Counted from the first letter of the stretch, positions 1 through 10,120 are shown. The stretch: 55,254 nucleotides of DNA from Syntrophales bacterium (GCA_023231165.1 JALNVY010000001.1:1-55254); one strand, 5' to 3'. Notes: generated by a model from the sequence alone, not told the origin. Program-made: numbers and translations.

Positions 1-14
1 GATTGTCTTGACCA

Positions 15-710
15 TTATGGCTCCTTTCCTTGTTTGCTGAAATCTCCGAGATTTTTCATGAGATCATCTACCATTTGTTCTCTTTCCCGGACATCGTGCT
101 CGTCTTCCTCCATCTCTCCCTGGTCATCTACCTGTGATTTTTTTATTTCCAGGCTGTTTTCATCATAGAAGCGATACTTGCCGACAAGCTTGCCGTTGCG
201 GTAGCTGGCCTGCTCTCTGATCCTGCCGTTCTTGTAATAGGCGAGGTATTCCCCCTCCCGCTTATCGTTTTTAAAACTTCCCTTTTCCCTGATTTTCCCG
301 TTTTTGTAGTAGGAGATATAATCGCCCTCAAAAAGGCCATTGTGGAAGTTTTCTACGTCTTTGATCTGCCCGTCTCGATAATACAGCAGGTATTTGCCTT
401 GGAGCTTTCCGGCTTCATTGTAGTATTCCTCTTCCCGGATTTGCCCATTGTCGTAATAGCAGACATACTTGCCGACGAGATGGTTATCCTTGAAGGTTCC
501 CTGTTCACGAAGCTGTCCTCCCTGATAGTGGGACGCCGCTTCCCCGTTTTTTACGCCCCTGTCGAATTGCATGCGGACCATGACCTGGCCGTTGCCGAAA
601 TAAGAGATATACTCCCCTTCCGGCTTCCCGTTGATGGTAAAGCGCCGTTCAATGACCTGTTCCTTGTCATTATGATATATTTCCTCTTTAAGATTTCCCT
701 TCAGGGGCAT
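15..710 (-). CDS. MORN-repeat (YwqK-like) protein
   Basis: 231-aa ORF made of tandem ~23-aa repeats of the G-x-Y-x-x-Y-Y-x-N-G-x-I type (GEYISYFGNGQV, GKYVCYYDNGQI, GKYLLYYRDGQI, GDYISYYKNGKI, GEYLAYYKNGRI), with an acidic C-terminal tail. Confidence 0.75.
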   Translation of the reverse strand: MPLKGNLKEEIYHNDKEQVIERRFTINGKPEGEYISYFGNGQVMVRMQFDRGVKNGEAASHYQGGQLREQGTFKDNHLVGKYVCYYDNGQIREEEYYNEAGKLQGKYLLYYRDGQIKDVENFHNGLFEGDYISYYKNGKIREKGSFKNDKREGEYLAYYKNGRIREQASYRNGKLVGKYRFYDENSLEIKKSQVDDQGEMEEDEHDVREREQMVDDLMKNLGDFSKQGKEP

Positions 711-787
711 GTGTTCGGTCCTTTCCTCACCAGCATATAGGTGAATGGGGAACTTGTGTCAATGCAGATTGTATGTTTTGTCTTCTT

Positions 788-1735
788 TCAACTATGATTC
801 CTCAACATGAGCTCTGCTGGATGGGGATTGAGATAGATTTGCCCCTGCAGGTATGGTTCATCAAATTTCTGGACATAATGGGCCAGCATGGTCACCGGCA
901 CTACCAGGGGCAGGGCGCCCCGGTAGTATCTCTCGATGATGTCGAGGAGTTCCTCTTTCTCATCCTTCGTAAGCTGCTTCTTGAAATACCCCAGCATGTG
1001 CATGAGTACATTAGTCTGTTTCTTTGGGGTTGCGATGAGTTTCAACCCCTCCATCAGGAGCTGATGGTATTCGGATGTTGCCTGGGAGAGAGGCATTTTC
1101 TCGCGATTGGCGATGATACGGCCCAACATGGTCAGGTGTATCGGACTGTGAGACATCATGAGCAGTTTGTAATTGCGGTGGAAAATTTCGAGGTCCTTAA
1201 ATTTAAACGCCTTCTGCATCATGACCTGCCAGTGATGGGAGACAAAAACCCTTTCGATGAAATTTTCCCGCAGTACGGGATCGTGAATCCGGCCGTCATC
1301 CTCGACGGGCATAAAAGGGAAACGCGCCATGAACGCCCCGGCAAAAATACCCGTTCCCCGGCGGGAAGGAACTCCCGCATCGCCATATACCTTGACGGCC
1401 GTCATTCCGGAACTCGGGGATTTGCTCTTGAAGATGAAGCCGCAAAGTGATTCTTTTGCAAGGGAAAGGAATTTATTTTCTGCCCAGGCCCGCATTCCGG
1501 CGGTATGATCGATTCCCGATCTTATCGTCACGAGGCGGGGCGCGGTGGGATCGCCGATCAGACGCATGGCCTCCCGGGGCACAGGCAGCCCATACTCGAC
1601 CTCGGGACAGACCGGGATCCACTCAAAATAACGGCCCAGAGTCTGCGTAAGATAACGGTCCCGTTGATGCCCTCCGTCGTAGCGGACATTCTCCCCCAAA
1701 AGGCAGGCGCTGACTCCTATCTTGATCTTTTCCAT
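788..1735 (-). CDS. DUF523/DUF1722 (YbgA-like) protein
   Basis: ORF 788..1780 opens with TTG. The ATG at 1735 gives MEKIKIGVSACLLGENVRYDGG, the conserved DUF523 N-terminus. The C-terminal half looks DUF1722-like. Confidence 0.7.
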   Translation of the reverse strand: MEKIKIGVSACLLGENVRYDGGHQRDRYLTQTLGRYFEWIPVCPEVEYGLPVPREAMRLIGDPTAPRLVTIRSGIDHTAGMRAWAENKFLSLAKESLCGFIFKSKSPSSGMTAVKVYGDAGVPSRRGTGIFAGAFMARFPFMPVEDDGRIHDPVLRENFIERVFVSHHWQVMMQKAFKFKDLEIFHRNYKLLMMSHSPIHLTMLGRIIANREKMPLSQATSEYHQLLMEGLKLIATPKKQTNVLMHMLGYFKKQLTKDEKEELLDIIERYYRGALPLVVPVTMLAHYVQKFDEPYLQGQIYLNPHPAELMLRNHS

Positions 1736-2105
1736 CGTGGGTGTCCATTCTTCATTAGTTAAAATTTGACAACCGCGCAAAAAGTCTCACACACCGTCAC
1801 CCCGACCCCGTATCGTGGCTACGTGTTTACTCCACAGCCTTTTTTACTGGACTATTATCATCAATAACGTGATTCTATAACACTGTAAAACAGCAGTGCC
1901 AAGGATTTTCTGGTACGTATTTGTTAAGCCCGTTTGACAAATCAATAATTTTCCCATAGCCTGCCCGTATGAATTTTATGGCGATCTTTTCATTTGACCT
2001 TTTTCGTCATGCTGCGTTAATGATAGAAAAACTTTGGGGAATGGATTCCATTTTTCTACGGCTATGCAAAGCTCTAATGTTATCAATATTTACGGGAGGT
2101 GAAAG

Positions 2106-2600
2106 ATGTTTGGATCAAGTATCTTATCCTGGGAACTGCCCTGGAATCGCAAAACCGTCAGCGCAATGCTGCTGCTGGTGTTCCTGCCCAACGTCCTCAG
2201 TATAGTTAATCTGACCATCCCCGGGGGATTAAAGATTCATACCTTCCAAGCGGCTATCTTTCTTGCCGCATCGCTGTTGGGACCCCTGGGAGGACTGCTG
2301 TCCGGAGTGATTGGATCGCTCTTCTCAGCCTTGACCTTGTCGAATCCCTACCTCATGATCGGCAACGGTATCCTCGGGTTCTTTGCCGGTTGGTTTCTCC
2401 GGCGCGGCATCCGCCCCCTCTTTGCCGTCTGGATAGCCTTTTGCTTACAGTTGCTTTGGTTGATCCCGGCTGATTATTATCTTGCCGGCCTTTCCCAATC
2501 CTTTATCCAAAACCTGGTGCTGATTTTATTCTTGTCTAATACCCTCTGGGCAGTTGTCGCCGCCAGGCTGAGCGAGCCCCTGAAGAGGTGGATTGCGTGA
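2106..2600 (+). CDS. small polytopic membrane protein, ECF-transporter S-component-like (ThiW/BioY-like), function unassigned
   Basis: 164-aa ORF with GGAGG at 2095-2099 upstream of the ATG. About 5 hydrophobic helices rich in G/L. The family call rests on overall pattern only. Confidence 0.45.
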   Translation: MFGSSILSWELPWNRKTVSAMLLLVFLPNVLSIVNLTIPGGLKIHTFQAAIFLAASLLGPLGGLLSGVIGSLFSALTLSNPYLMIGNGILGFFAGWFLRRGIRPLFAVWIAFCLQLLWLIPADYYLAGLSQSFIQNLVLILFLSNTLWAVVAARLSEPLKRWIA

Positions 2601-3100
2601 CAATTCCTTGTTTTCATGACTATTCTCTGGCCATGTTCTGCGGAGGGAGAAGGGTTTTCACGTCTAGTGAGCCGGGACTAAAGCCTCTGGTGGAGTGGTT
2701 GGAGATCTACAGAAGCAAGTATCGGGGCTGTTTACTCCACGACAAGGTAGTGGGATTGGCGGCGGCGAAGCTGATTGTCTATTCGGGGCTTATTTCCGAA
2801 GTGGTCACGAGGGTTTCCTCCGTACCGGCCAAATCATTTCTCATCGATCATGGAGTTCCTGCCAGTACGGATCTGATCGTGAATAACATCATGACCAGAG
2901 ACGGCACGACGATTTGTCCGGGGGAGGTGATTGCCCTGGAAACTGATAACCGGGACGAATTTCTCATTAGAATCCGCCGGATGGTCAAGGTAAACATGGA
3001 CGATTTTGATAATTGCCGCGGCCAGTGCGGTTATACTCCTTGGTGCCGCGAGTGCAAAGGATCAAGGGGACTTGCAACAGAATTATTATTATCGGAGTAA
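2588..3100 (+). CDS. DUF1893 domain protein
   Basis: The core LHDKVVGLAAAKLIVYSGLISEVVTRVSSVPAKSFLIDHGV...ICPGEVIA fits the DUF1893 (TM1506-like) pattern. The start is ambiguous (GTG 2588, GTG 2597 overlapping the upstream TGA, or ATG 2633). The C-terminal tail is Cys-rich. Confidence 0.55.
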   Translation: MDCVTIPCFHDYSLAMFCGGRRVFTSSEPGLKPLVEWLEIYRSKYRGCLLHDKVVGLAAAKLIVYSGLISEVVTRVSSVPAKSFLIDHGVPASTDLIVNNIMTRDGTTICPGEVIALETDNRDEFLIRIRRMVKVNMDDFDNCRGQCGYTPWCRECKGSRGLATELLLSE

Positions 3101-3113
3101 GGAGGTAACAACC

Positions 3114-3674
3114 ATGGCCTTTTCCCGCGACCAAGCCTTATCACTGCTGCATGAGTACATCAAAAACGACAAGATGCTGGCCCATTCCTACGCATCCGAA
3201 ACCGTCATGAGGGCACTGGCCCGCCGCCTCGGTCAGGACGAGGAAAAGTGGGGACTTGCCGGTCTCCTTCATGATCTGGATATTGAACAGGTGGGCGGCG
3301 ATCTGACCGTACATGGCCTTGCCGCAGTAAAGATTCTGATGGAAAAAAGGATCGATCCGGAGATCATCGACGCCATTGCCATGCACAATGAAATGGCTGC
3401 GAAAAAGACTCGGGAGACCGTTTTTCAGCATGCCCTCGCGGCAGGGGAGACGGTAACCGGCCTGATCATGGCGACGGCGCTGGTTTATCCCGATAGAAAG
3501 CTCGCCAGCGTCAAGGTCAAATCTGTGACCAAGCGGATGAAGGAGAAGGCTTTTGCCGCCTCGGTAAACCGGGACGATATCCGGGAATGTGAACAGATCG
3601 GGATTCCTCTTGATGAATTCGTACAGATCTCCCTGACGGCGATGCAGGAGCAGAGCGGGCAATTGGGCATGTAA
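3114..3674 (+). CDS. HD/HDIG-domain metal-dependent phosphohydrolase
   Basis: ATG at 3114 preceded by GGAGG (3101-3105). Motifs are AHSYA...GLLHDLD (the HD dyad) and AMHN. Confidence 0.75.
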   Translation: MAFSRDQALSLLHEYIKNDKMLAHSYASETVMRALARRLGQDEEKWGLAGLLHDLDIEQVGGDLTVHGLAAVKILMEKRIDPEIIDAIAMHNEMAAKKTRETVFQHALAAGETVTGLIMATALVYPDRKLASVKVKSVTKRMKEKAFAASVNRDDIRECEQIGIPLDEFVQISLTAMQEQSGQLGM

Positions 3675-3710
3675 AACGTCAGCTTAAAATGCTAAAAGCC
3701 CCATTCCGTC

Positions 3711-3737
3711 ATTCCCGCAACAACATTGGGCGGGAAT
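3711..3737. repeat. GC hairpin (ATTCCCGC / GCGGGAAT) just after the HD gene; REP-like or weak terminator
   Basis: 8-bp perfect inverted repeat with an 11-nt loop, followed by CCGGTTTTG. The sequence resembles the widespread GTCATTCCCGC...GCGGGAATCC repeat type. Confidence 0.35.
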
Positions 3738-3842
3738 CCGGTTTTGACTACTTGAAAAAACATCTCCCCGGTATAGGCGTTCGAGGATGACAAATAGTTT
3801 TATGCTAACTCCGATTTCAATTTCCTATTGAGGATTGATTAA

Positions 3843-4652
3843 GTGGAAAAACAAGGGGAAACAGCGAGAAATCGCGAACCGTCACCGGAGGTCAATGAAC
3901 TCCTTGCCCTGATCCGGACCCTCCGTTCTCCCGAGGGATGTCCCTGGGACCGCATTCAGAAAGAGAAAGACCTCCGACGCTACCTTCTGAGCGAAGCCTA
4001 TGAAGTGATCGATGCCATCGCGGAAGGTTCGCCGGCAGACCTCCAGGAGGAGCTGGGGGATCTGCTCTTTCAGATTCTGTTCCTTGTCGCTCTGGCGGAG
4101 GAACAGGGGCATTTCAACCTTGCCGGGGTGGTCCGGGGGATATCGGGAAAAATGATTCGCCGCCACCCCCATGTCTTTGCCGACACGTCGGTCCGGGATG
4201 TTTCCGAGGTGAAGGCCAACTGGGAGAAGATCAAGGCGACCCAGGAGCACAAGGACAAGCATGCGAGTCCGCTTTTTGATGGTATATCCCGTTCCCTGCC
4301 AGCCCTCTCAAGGGCCCAGGACATAACTGCGCGGGCCGCAAGGGTAGGATTTGACTGGGAAAGAACAGATCAGGTTATCGAAAAGATCGAAGAAGAACTT
4401 CAGGAACTCAAAGAAGCTATTCGGATGAAAGATCAGGACAGCATGGAGGAAGAGATCGGGGATCTCCTTTTTTCCGTGGTTAACCTTTCCCGATTTGCCA
4501 ATGTTCAGGCAGAAGAAGCCCTGCGCCGGACAACGGGTAAATTCCTGAGACGGTTCCAATATATCGAGAGACGGTTGCAGGAAGAAGGCGTCAGCTTGGA
4601 AGAGGCTACCCTTGCCGCCATGGATCGCCTCTGGGAAGAGGCGAAAGGTTGA
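3843..4652 (+). CDS. mazG: nucleoside triphosphate pyrophosphohydrolase MazG
   Basis: 269-aa ORF with a GTG start. Tandem MazG domains carry LRSPEGCPWDRIQ, EAYEVIDAI, EELGDLLFQI and a second EEIGDLLFSVVNLSRF. Confidence 0.85.
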   Translation: MEKQGETARNREPSPEVNELLALIRTLRSPEGCPWDRIQKEKDLRRYLLSEAYEVIDAIAEGSPADLQEELGDLLFQILFLVALAEEQGHFNLAGVVRGISGKMIRRHPHVFADTSVRDVSEVKANWEKIKATQEHKDKHASPLFDGISRSLPALSRAQDITARAARVGFDWERTDQVIEKIEEELQELKEAIRMKDQDSMEEEIGDLLFSVVNLSRFANVQAEEALRRTTGKFLRRFQYIERRLQEEGVSLEEATLAAMDRLWEEAKG

Positions 4653-4741
4653 ATATTTAACTAACATCGCCGCACCGATTGACGAATTATCGCAAATATG
4701 CAAAACTCCAATCGATAATCAAGAAGATGGAGGCCCTCAAG

Positions 4742-5599
4742 ATGAAGTATACTTTTCCTGCCTTATTGCTTTTTATCTGCATTTCCTCTTCCCTTTACGC
4801 CGCCCAATCCACCATTGTGGATGTCGATGGCAATGCCTGCATGGGAGACGACAAATCGAGAAAGCAGACGGAACAGGCGGCGATGGCTGACGCCAAGCGG
4901 AATGCGGCGGAGAGGGCCGTGACCTATCTAAGAAGCGAAACGCAGGTGAAGGATTTCGCTGTTGAAAAGGATCTTATCGCTGCCTATTCCAATGCCGCGG
5001 TGAAGGTCATTCAAGAGCTGGAAAAATCCTGGTACAAGGATGCCGTCACCGGTGAATGCTACCGGATGAAGATCAAGGCGGAGGTTGTCCCCGATGAAAA
5101 AGCCATGAATAAGGCCGCCCAGGTAAAGGACTTTACTGACGATCCGGCGGCGCCGCTGAAGGTGAAATTATGGACTGATAAGCAGGAATATAAACAGGGT
5201 GACAAGATAAAAATTTACCTCAAAGGCAACAAACCCTTCCATGCCCGTATTCTGTACAAGGATACTGCCGGTAATCTCCTTCAACTCTTACCTAATCCTT
5301 ATCGCAGCGAAACTTATTTCAACGGTGGTATCATATATGAGATCCCATCGGGAAACGACCGTTTTGATCTTGAGGTCTCTCCACCCTTTGGTCAGGAAAG
5401 TATCTCGATATACACCAGTACGGCGCCGTTAGGGGATATTAACCTTGCGGCCCAGGGAGATGTATATCGGGTGATGACAAAATCGACGGATGTGTCCCGG
5501 ATGACCAGGGGAGTGAAGGTTCAGGAAAAATCAGATGGCAGGAAGGATTTGCCCTCCGAGTTTTCCGAGGAGGTCTTGTCGATCAAAACCGGGCAGTAG
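4742..5599 (+). CDS. secreted DUF4384-domain protein
   Basis: ATG at 4742 has GGAGG at 4729-4733. Signal peptide is MKYTFPALLLFICISSSLYA-AQS. The C-terminal part (KVKLWTDKQEYKQGDKIKIYLKGNKPFHARILYKDTAGNLLQLLPN) is typical DUF4384. Confidence 0.6.
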   Translation: MKYTFPALLLFICISSSLYAAQSTIVDVDGNACMGDDKSRKQTEQAAMADAKRNAAERAVTYLRSETQVKDFAVEKDLIAAYSNAAVKVIQELEKSWYKDAVTGECYRMKIKAEVVPDEKAMNKAAQVKDFTDDPAAPLKVKLWTDKQEYKQGDKIKIYLKGNKPFHARILYKDTAGNLLQLLPNPYRSETYFNGGIIYEIPSGNDRFDLEVSPPFGQESISIYTSTAPLGDINLAAQGDVYRVMTKSTDVSRMTRGVKVQEKSDGRKDLPSEFSEEVLSIKTGQ

Positions 5600-5672
5600 C
5601 AATAATAACAAATTTTACTTGCGGGGAAAAATCAGGCGATTTATCCACGTAACATCAATAAGGAGCAGCAAC

Positions 5673-6917
5673 ATGACTGAAGAAAAAGCGGGAACTGGAA
5701 CGACGGCGACTGTCGGAGGCGAGGCCTCTTTACCTGAGGATGATTTTGGAGCGATGTTTGAAAAAGATAACAAAATGCCGGTAAGGCTGAAGCCCGGCCA
5801 GAAAATAAAGGCGACCGTAATAAGTATTTCCAAAGACATGGTGTACGTTGACCTGGACGAAAAGAGCGAAGGCGTCATAGAACTGGCCGAGTTTAAGGGT
5901 GCCGACGGGACCTGCGCGGTGCATGAAGGCGACGAGATAGAGGCCTACTTTCTCCATGTCCGTGACGGCGCAAAGAGACTCACAACCCTTAGGCACGGGT
6001 ATTCGACTCTGGATATGGCCGAGATCCGCGAAGCCCATCATGCGAACCTGCCGGTTTCCGGAAAGGTTAAATCTGCCGTGAAGGGTGGATTTGAGGTGAT
6101 GGTAGGCGGCGTCAGATGCTTTTGCCCATTTTCTCAAATTGATCTGAAGCGAGACAAGGACAACGAGTCTTACGTCGGCCAGACCTTCCCTTTCAAAGTA
6201 GTTGAATTTGAGGAAGAAAACCAGAACGTCGTCCTTTCGCGCCGTGTCCTCTTTGAAGAAGAAAGGCGAGCGCAGGCCGACCACATTAAAGAAACCCTTA
6301 CCGTGGGGACGGATTTGACAGGCACGGTTCGTTCGCTGGCTAATTTCGGCGCCTTCATAGATATCGGGGGAGTGGATGGTTTGATACCTCTAAGCGAGAT
6401 GGCCTGGGACAGGACGGAGAAGCCCGAGAATATCCTGTCTCCCGGTCAGGAGATCACGGTAAGGGTTATCGGTCTTGATTGGGAGAAGGGTCGCCTGACC
6501 CTGAGCCTTAAGGCCCTGCAAGCCGATCCCTGGGAGAGCGTGGCTGCGGCGTACCCGTCAGGCAGCAGGGTAAAAGGTCCTGTCGTCAGGCTTACCACCT
6601 TTGGCGCCTTCGTCAATCTGGCGCCGGGGATAGACGGATTGATCCACATCTCCAACCTTGGGGCGGGAAAGCGCATTAATCACCCCAAAGACGTGGTCGA
6701 GGTAGGTCAATTGGTAGAACCGTATGTGCTTGCCATTGATCCGGTAAAGCGCAAGATTTCCCTGTCACTTGAAACCCCGTCGGAGGAAGAGGAGTTTTAT
6801 ATCCCCGAGTCGGGAGAAGCCGTGGAGAGTACTTCCGGTGGCTTTGGCAATTTTGGGGAGCTGATCCATAAGCGCCTCCAGAATAAGAAAAAAAAGGAGG
6901 CGATACCATCTCGGTAA
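5673..6917 (+). CDS. S1 RNA-binding domain protein (ribosomal protein S1-like, about four S1 repeats)
   Basis: ATG at 5673 has AGGAG at 5661. Repeated S1 OB-fold signatures are present (GQKIKATVISISKDMVYVDL, VSGKVKSAVKGGFEV, LTGTVRSLANFGAFIDIGGVDGLIPLSEM, VKGPVVRLTTFGAFVNLAPGIDGLIHIS). Confidence 0.8.
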   Translation: MTEEKAGTGTTATVGGEASLPEDDFGAMFEKDNKMPVRLKPGQKIKATVISISKDMVYVDLDEKSEGVIELAEFKGADGTCAVHEGDEIEAYFLHVRDGAKRLTTLRHGYSTLDMAEIREAHHANLPVSGKVKSAVKGGFEVMVGGVRCFCPFSQIDLKRDKDNESYVGQTFPFKVVEFEEENQNVVLSRRVLFEEERRAQADHIKETLTVGTDLTGTVRSLANFGAFIDIGGVDGLIPLSEMAWDRTEKPENILSPGQEITVRVIGLDWEKGRLTLSLKALQADPWESVAAAYPSGSRVKGPVVRLTTFGAFVNLAPGIDGLIHISNLGAGKRINHPKDVVEVGQLVEPYVLAIDPVKRKISLSLETPSEEEEFYIPESGEAVESTSGGFGNFGELIHKRLQNKKKKEAIPSR

Positions 6918-7231
6918 AGGGGGAACATTTTTCTATATTTATCACGGGAAACAGGTTAATACTTGAGACAAGATAAAACGATCCGATTGGGCAATATGTC
7001 AAACTAACATTCCCGCCGCTTGCGAACGATCATTTTATCAAAAGCGACTCGCAGCATAAAATATTTGATGTCCAGTATTGAAGAAAGAAATCAGCCCATC
7101 TATATGATGGCTTTTCGACTTAATCTCTGATACATAGGAAAGTAATATTCATCTGCCCGACAGGGAGGAGAAAATTCTGCATAGTCTATTAGCTGTCGGA
7201 GAAAAAAGGGGATCAAAGTGGGAGGGAAAAC

Positions 7232-7555
7232 ATGGGATCAAAGCAGAAGCAGGCGCAAATCGGACAAAAGGAATCTTTCGAACGAAAGCTGAAAAATCGA
7301 CTGACTCTCCTGTCGGAAGAAGGGATCGAATCTCGAAAGATTGATAAAGATGTGCTTGTAAAAAAATTGCGGGCAAATGTTGAGGCCATAAACACCAGGC
7401 TGAAGGCGATTGATGCCAACGAAAAGAAGAATGAAGAACTGGTAAGGATGAAGCTGGAAAAGGCAGAAGCCCCCCGTAAAGAGCCGGAAGGAATTAAAGA
7501 GAAGAAGGTAAAGGAAGCCCCTGTGGAGGTTAAGGAAAAAAAGAAAAAGAAATAA
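7232..7555 (+). CDS. small lysine/glutamate-rich hypothetical protein
   Basis: 107-aa ORF with GGGAGGG 6 nt upstream. Predicted to be helical, with a KEKKVKEAPVEVKEKKKKK tail. No family recognised. Confidence 0.45.
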   Translation: MGSKQKQAQIGQKESFERKLKNRLTLLSEEGIESRKIDKDVLVKKLRANVEAINTRLKAIDANEKKNEELVRMKLEKAEAPRKEPEGIKEKKVKEAPVEVKEKKKKK

Positions 7556-7885
7556 TAGATCTTGGCAATTATAGAAAAGTAGCAAGAACCATGGCTAATG
7601 ATTAAAAGAAAAGCAAGGTTTTCAAGACCTTGTAATGGATAGCCGCGATGTGTTCGCAGATGGTGATGTGCTGTAGGTTTGCAACGCTGTCATAGACATC
7701 GGTACAACTGGTATTTACACAGATCATCCTTACTGATAACAAATACAAAGCAAAAGATCAGATTTACTGAGAGCTTATTGAATCCTGGTCGCAGACATTG
7801 ATATTATTTCCAAAATACAAATGCAGAAGCTATTTTTTTGATACTTCTGCCTCATAGAAGCAAATACTTATCAATCGAGACTATT

Positions 7886-10120
7886 ATGACAGACAATTGG
7901 GTGAAGCAAAAGGCTCTGGAAATACTTGTAATTATGAACACTGCCATTATCAATTTGCGACTCTATCCCCCGACGAGCGCCATGATCATTAACACAATCG
8001 ATCGACTCAACCAAGCCCTTCAGATGGTGTTTGAAAGAGAATCTTATTTGATTATTTCAGAAGCGGAAAAAAATCTTCTGATCGGAGACGAACCGCTGAG
8101 CCAGAAGGATCTGGAAAGACCTCAAATTGCCGCATTTATCGAATTGCTGCTAAACTTCGGAGTAAAAAGTGTCACTTTCAATAACGGTCTGACCAGGGCA
8201 GACCTATCCTCCTTCTTGGAGATCATGGGGGAAAAGCCGGTAACGATTAAGCAAGCAGGGGGCTTGCCAGTTGTAATGGCGCAGAAGAATGTGTCGCATA
8301 TTCTTTTAGATCATAAAATCTACATTGCAACGGATAGTAAACATCAGTTCCTTGCCCGCCTCGAGATCAAAGATGATGATATTATTCAATACCTTATCGG
8401 CGGTGCTGATTCGGGGTTAGACCTGGATGTTCAGCAAGTCAAGGAATTGGCACAGAATGCAGACTGGTTAGAGCAAGTCTTCAAGAACGGCATGAGTCAG
8501 CTCATTAATAATAAAGATTTATTACCAAATATTCAGTTGTCGGAGAACATGGTACGGATGCTGGGTATTCTTGACAAGATTGTTGACAAAATGGACCAAG
8601 ATAAGTTCGCCCACCTCATTGCGAAATCCATTGCCGATCTGGATGCGGATATGATTGGACTCGTGTTAACACAGGGCATCGACCAGTTATTTAACGGGAA
8701 ATTGTTCCAGGAAATCATAAATGAAATAGATGGTGCGAAATTTGAGCAAGTGTTAGAAATAATTGGGGTAATGGAAAGTGGTAAATCCCTGACAGCCATG
8801 AATTCGACAATTACTGCCCCCCCAGGTTTCATTAGTGCCTATCAGCGGTTGATGAGTTCAGATAAGGGCGTAGAGCTAAAGCAAAGAAGCGAAGAAGAAA
8901 AAACCAGAGAAAAAGATGAAAAGGGAGAAAAAATTCGTGCCCTAAAGCAGGAAATCGAACCCATCCTCAGAGGCCATGAAGAAAGCTTTATGAATCCCTC
9001 TTTGATGGCTTCCATTGCCGGTTTTGTCGAGAACCTGACTGATCATGAAGAATTTGAAACGGCTGATGCCCTTATTGACCGTCTCGCGGAAGCCCTGATG
9101 AGTGACAAACAGGGTGTGCGCGATCATGCGGCTGCAACATTGGTTAAGGTTATCGACAATCTTCCGGAAAAGCGGCAAAAAGAGGTCGTCTGTGAGCTGT
9201 CAGAGACGCTTACGAAATGGATCAATCGGGAAACATCAATTACTATGGCCTATAAAAAGATCTGTTCCCGATTAAAAGACCAGATAGCCGCTTTTATTGG
9301 TGAGAAGCACTATGCTGAATGTTTGCCGTTGCTGAATATCTTTCATCTTATCGATTATGGTATGTTGGACAAGAATGAGACGGCCCAAAAGATCGCTTCG
9401 GATATCATAATGGAATTATCTCCCCCCGAACGATTGGATATGCTCTTTGAATCTTACGCAACTGTTAGAGAGAAAGAACAGAAAGATCTCGGACGCGTGT
9501 TATCGAGGTTGGGATATGCCTCTTTGGGTCGGTTAATGGACATATTGCGGGATCATCCTGACAGTGATGAGCGCGTTAAGATTTTACATCTCTTGATAGA
9601 AGTTGGTCAGCCAGCCCTACCCTTCATCAGAAACGAAGCCCTTCGTGACCATCCCTGGTTTTTTCACCGAAACTTGGCCTATTTACTGGGGCATATCAAG
9701 GGCCCGACTACCATCGAAGCTTTACAGACGATGCTAATGCATAAACATGACAAGGTTCGGCAGGAAGCCTTGAATAGTCTTTATCGAGTGGGGGAAAGTG
9801 AAAAAGGGCCGGTTCTCCTGTCGATTTTACCGGCGGTTGACGATGCCTTTAAAATAAGCATCATCGAGATGTTGGGCAAAATTAAATATAAAAAGGCAAC
9901 ACCGGTCCTCGTGGAGATAATGAAAGTGCGTCCGTTTATCGTATCTTTGGCAAGAATTGATCTGGAAGAGATGATCTGTGTTTCTTTAGGAAGAATAGGT
10001 GCGCCGGAAGCAGTTTCTCTTTTAACCGAGATCAGTAACCCCAAGTTTTTTAGCATTACGACATATCACAAAAAAGTTAAGAATGCTGCCGCCAGAGCGT
10101 TAGCGGCTATCAAGCCATAG
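7886..10120 (+). CDS. HEAT-repeat protein
   Basis: ORF 7838..10120 with the first ATG at 7886. The C-terminal third shows HEAT/PBS-lyase-type repeats (DERVKILHLLIEVGQPALPFI, DKVRQEALNSLYRVG, KISIIEMLGKIKYKKATPVLVEIM, LGRIGAPEAVSLL). Confidence 0.65.
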   Translation: MTDNWVKQKALEILVIMNTAIINLRLYPPTSAMIINTIDRLNQALQMVFERESYLIISEAEKNLLIGDEPLSQKDLERPQIAAFIELLLNFGVKSVTFNNGLTRADLSSFLEIMGEKPVTIKQAGGLPVVMAQKNVSHILLDHKIYIATDSKHQFLARLEIKDDDIIQYLIGGADSGLDLDVQQVKELAQNADWLEQVFKNGMSQLINNKDLLPNIQLSENMVRMLGILDKIVDKMDQDKFAHLIAKSIADLDADMIGLVLTQGIDQLFNGKLFQEIINEIDGAKFEQVLEIIGVMESGKSLTAMNSTITAPPGFISAYQRLMSSDKGVELKQRSEEEKTREKDEKGEKIRALKQEIEPILRGHEESFMNPSLMASIAGFVENLTDHEEFETADALIDRLAEALMSDKQGVRDHAAATLVKVIDNLPEKRQKEVVCELSETLTKWINRETSITMAYKKICSRLKDQIAAFIGEKHYAECLPLLNIFHLIDYGMLDKNETAQKIASDIIMELSPPERLDMLFESYATVREKEQKDLGRVLSRLGYASLGRLMDILRDHPDSDERVKILHLLIEVGQPALPFIRNEALRDHPWFFHRNLAYLLGHIKGPTTIEALQTMLMHKHDKVRQEALNSLYRVGESEKGPVLLSILPAVDDAFKISIIEMLGKIKYKKATPVLVEIMKVRPFIVSLARIDLEEMICVSLGRIGAPEAVSLLTEISNPKFFSITTYHKKVKNAAARALAAIKP

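Noticed and set aside
342-1450. Plus-strand ORFs 342..740 (132 aa) and 773..1450 (225 aa).
   Set aside because: They are antisense shadows of the MORN-repeat and DUF523/DUF1722 genes. They have no RBS or family-like sequence, whereas the opposite strand carries clear conserved motifs.
1781-2105. Possible riboswitch upstream of the ECF-S-like gene.
   Set aside because: I could not recognise TPP, preQ1, THF, biotin-related or other conserved riboswitch cores by eye. An Rfam scan would be needed.
3141-3662. Minus-strand 173-aa ORF inside the HD-domain gene.
   Set aside because: It is antisense to a CDS with an HD motif and a strong RBS, and its composition looks like a shadow ORF.
7823-7861. 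Mutually exclusive hairpins (GCAGAAG/CTTCTGC versus CTTCT/AGAAG) upstream of the HEAT-repeat gene, considered as an attenuator.
   Set aside because: The second stem is only 5 bp, and no leader ORF or U-tract is present. This is probably chance.
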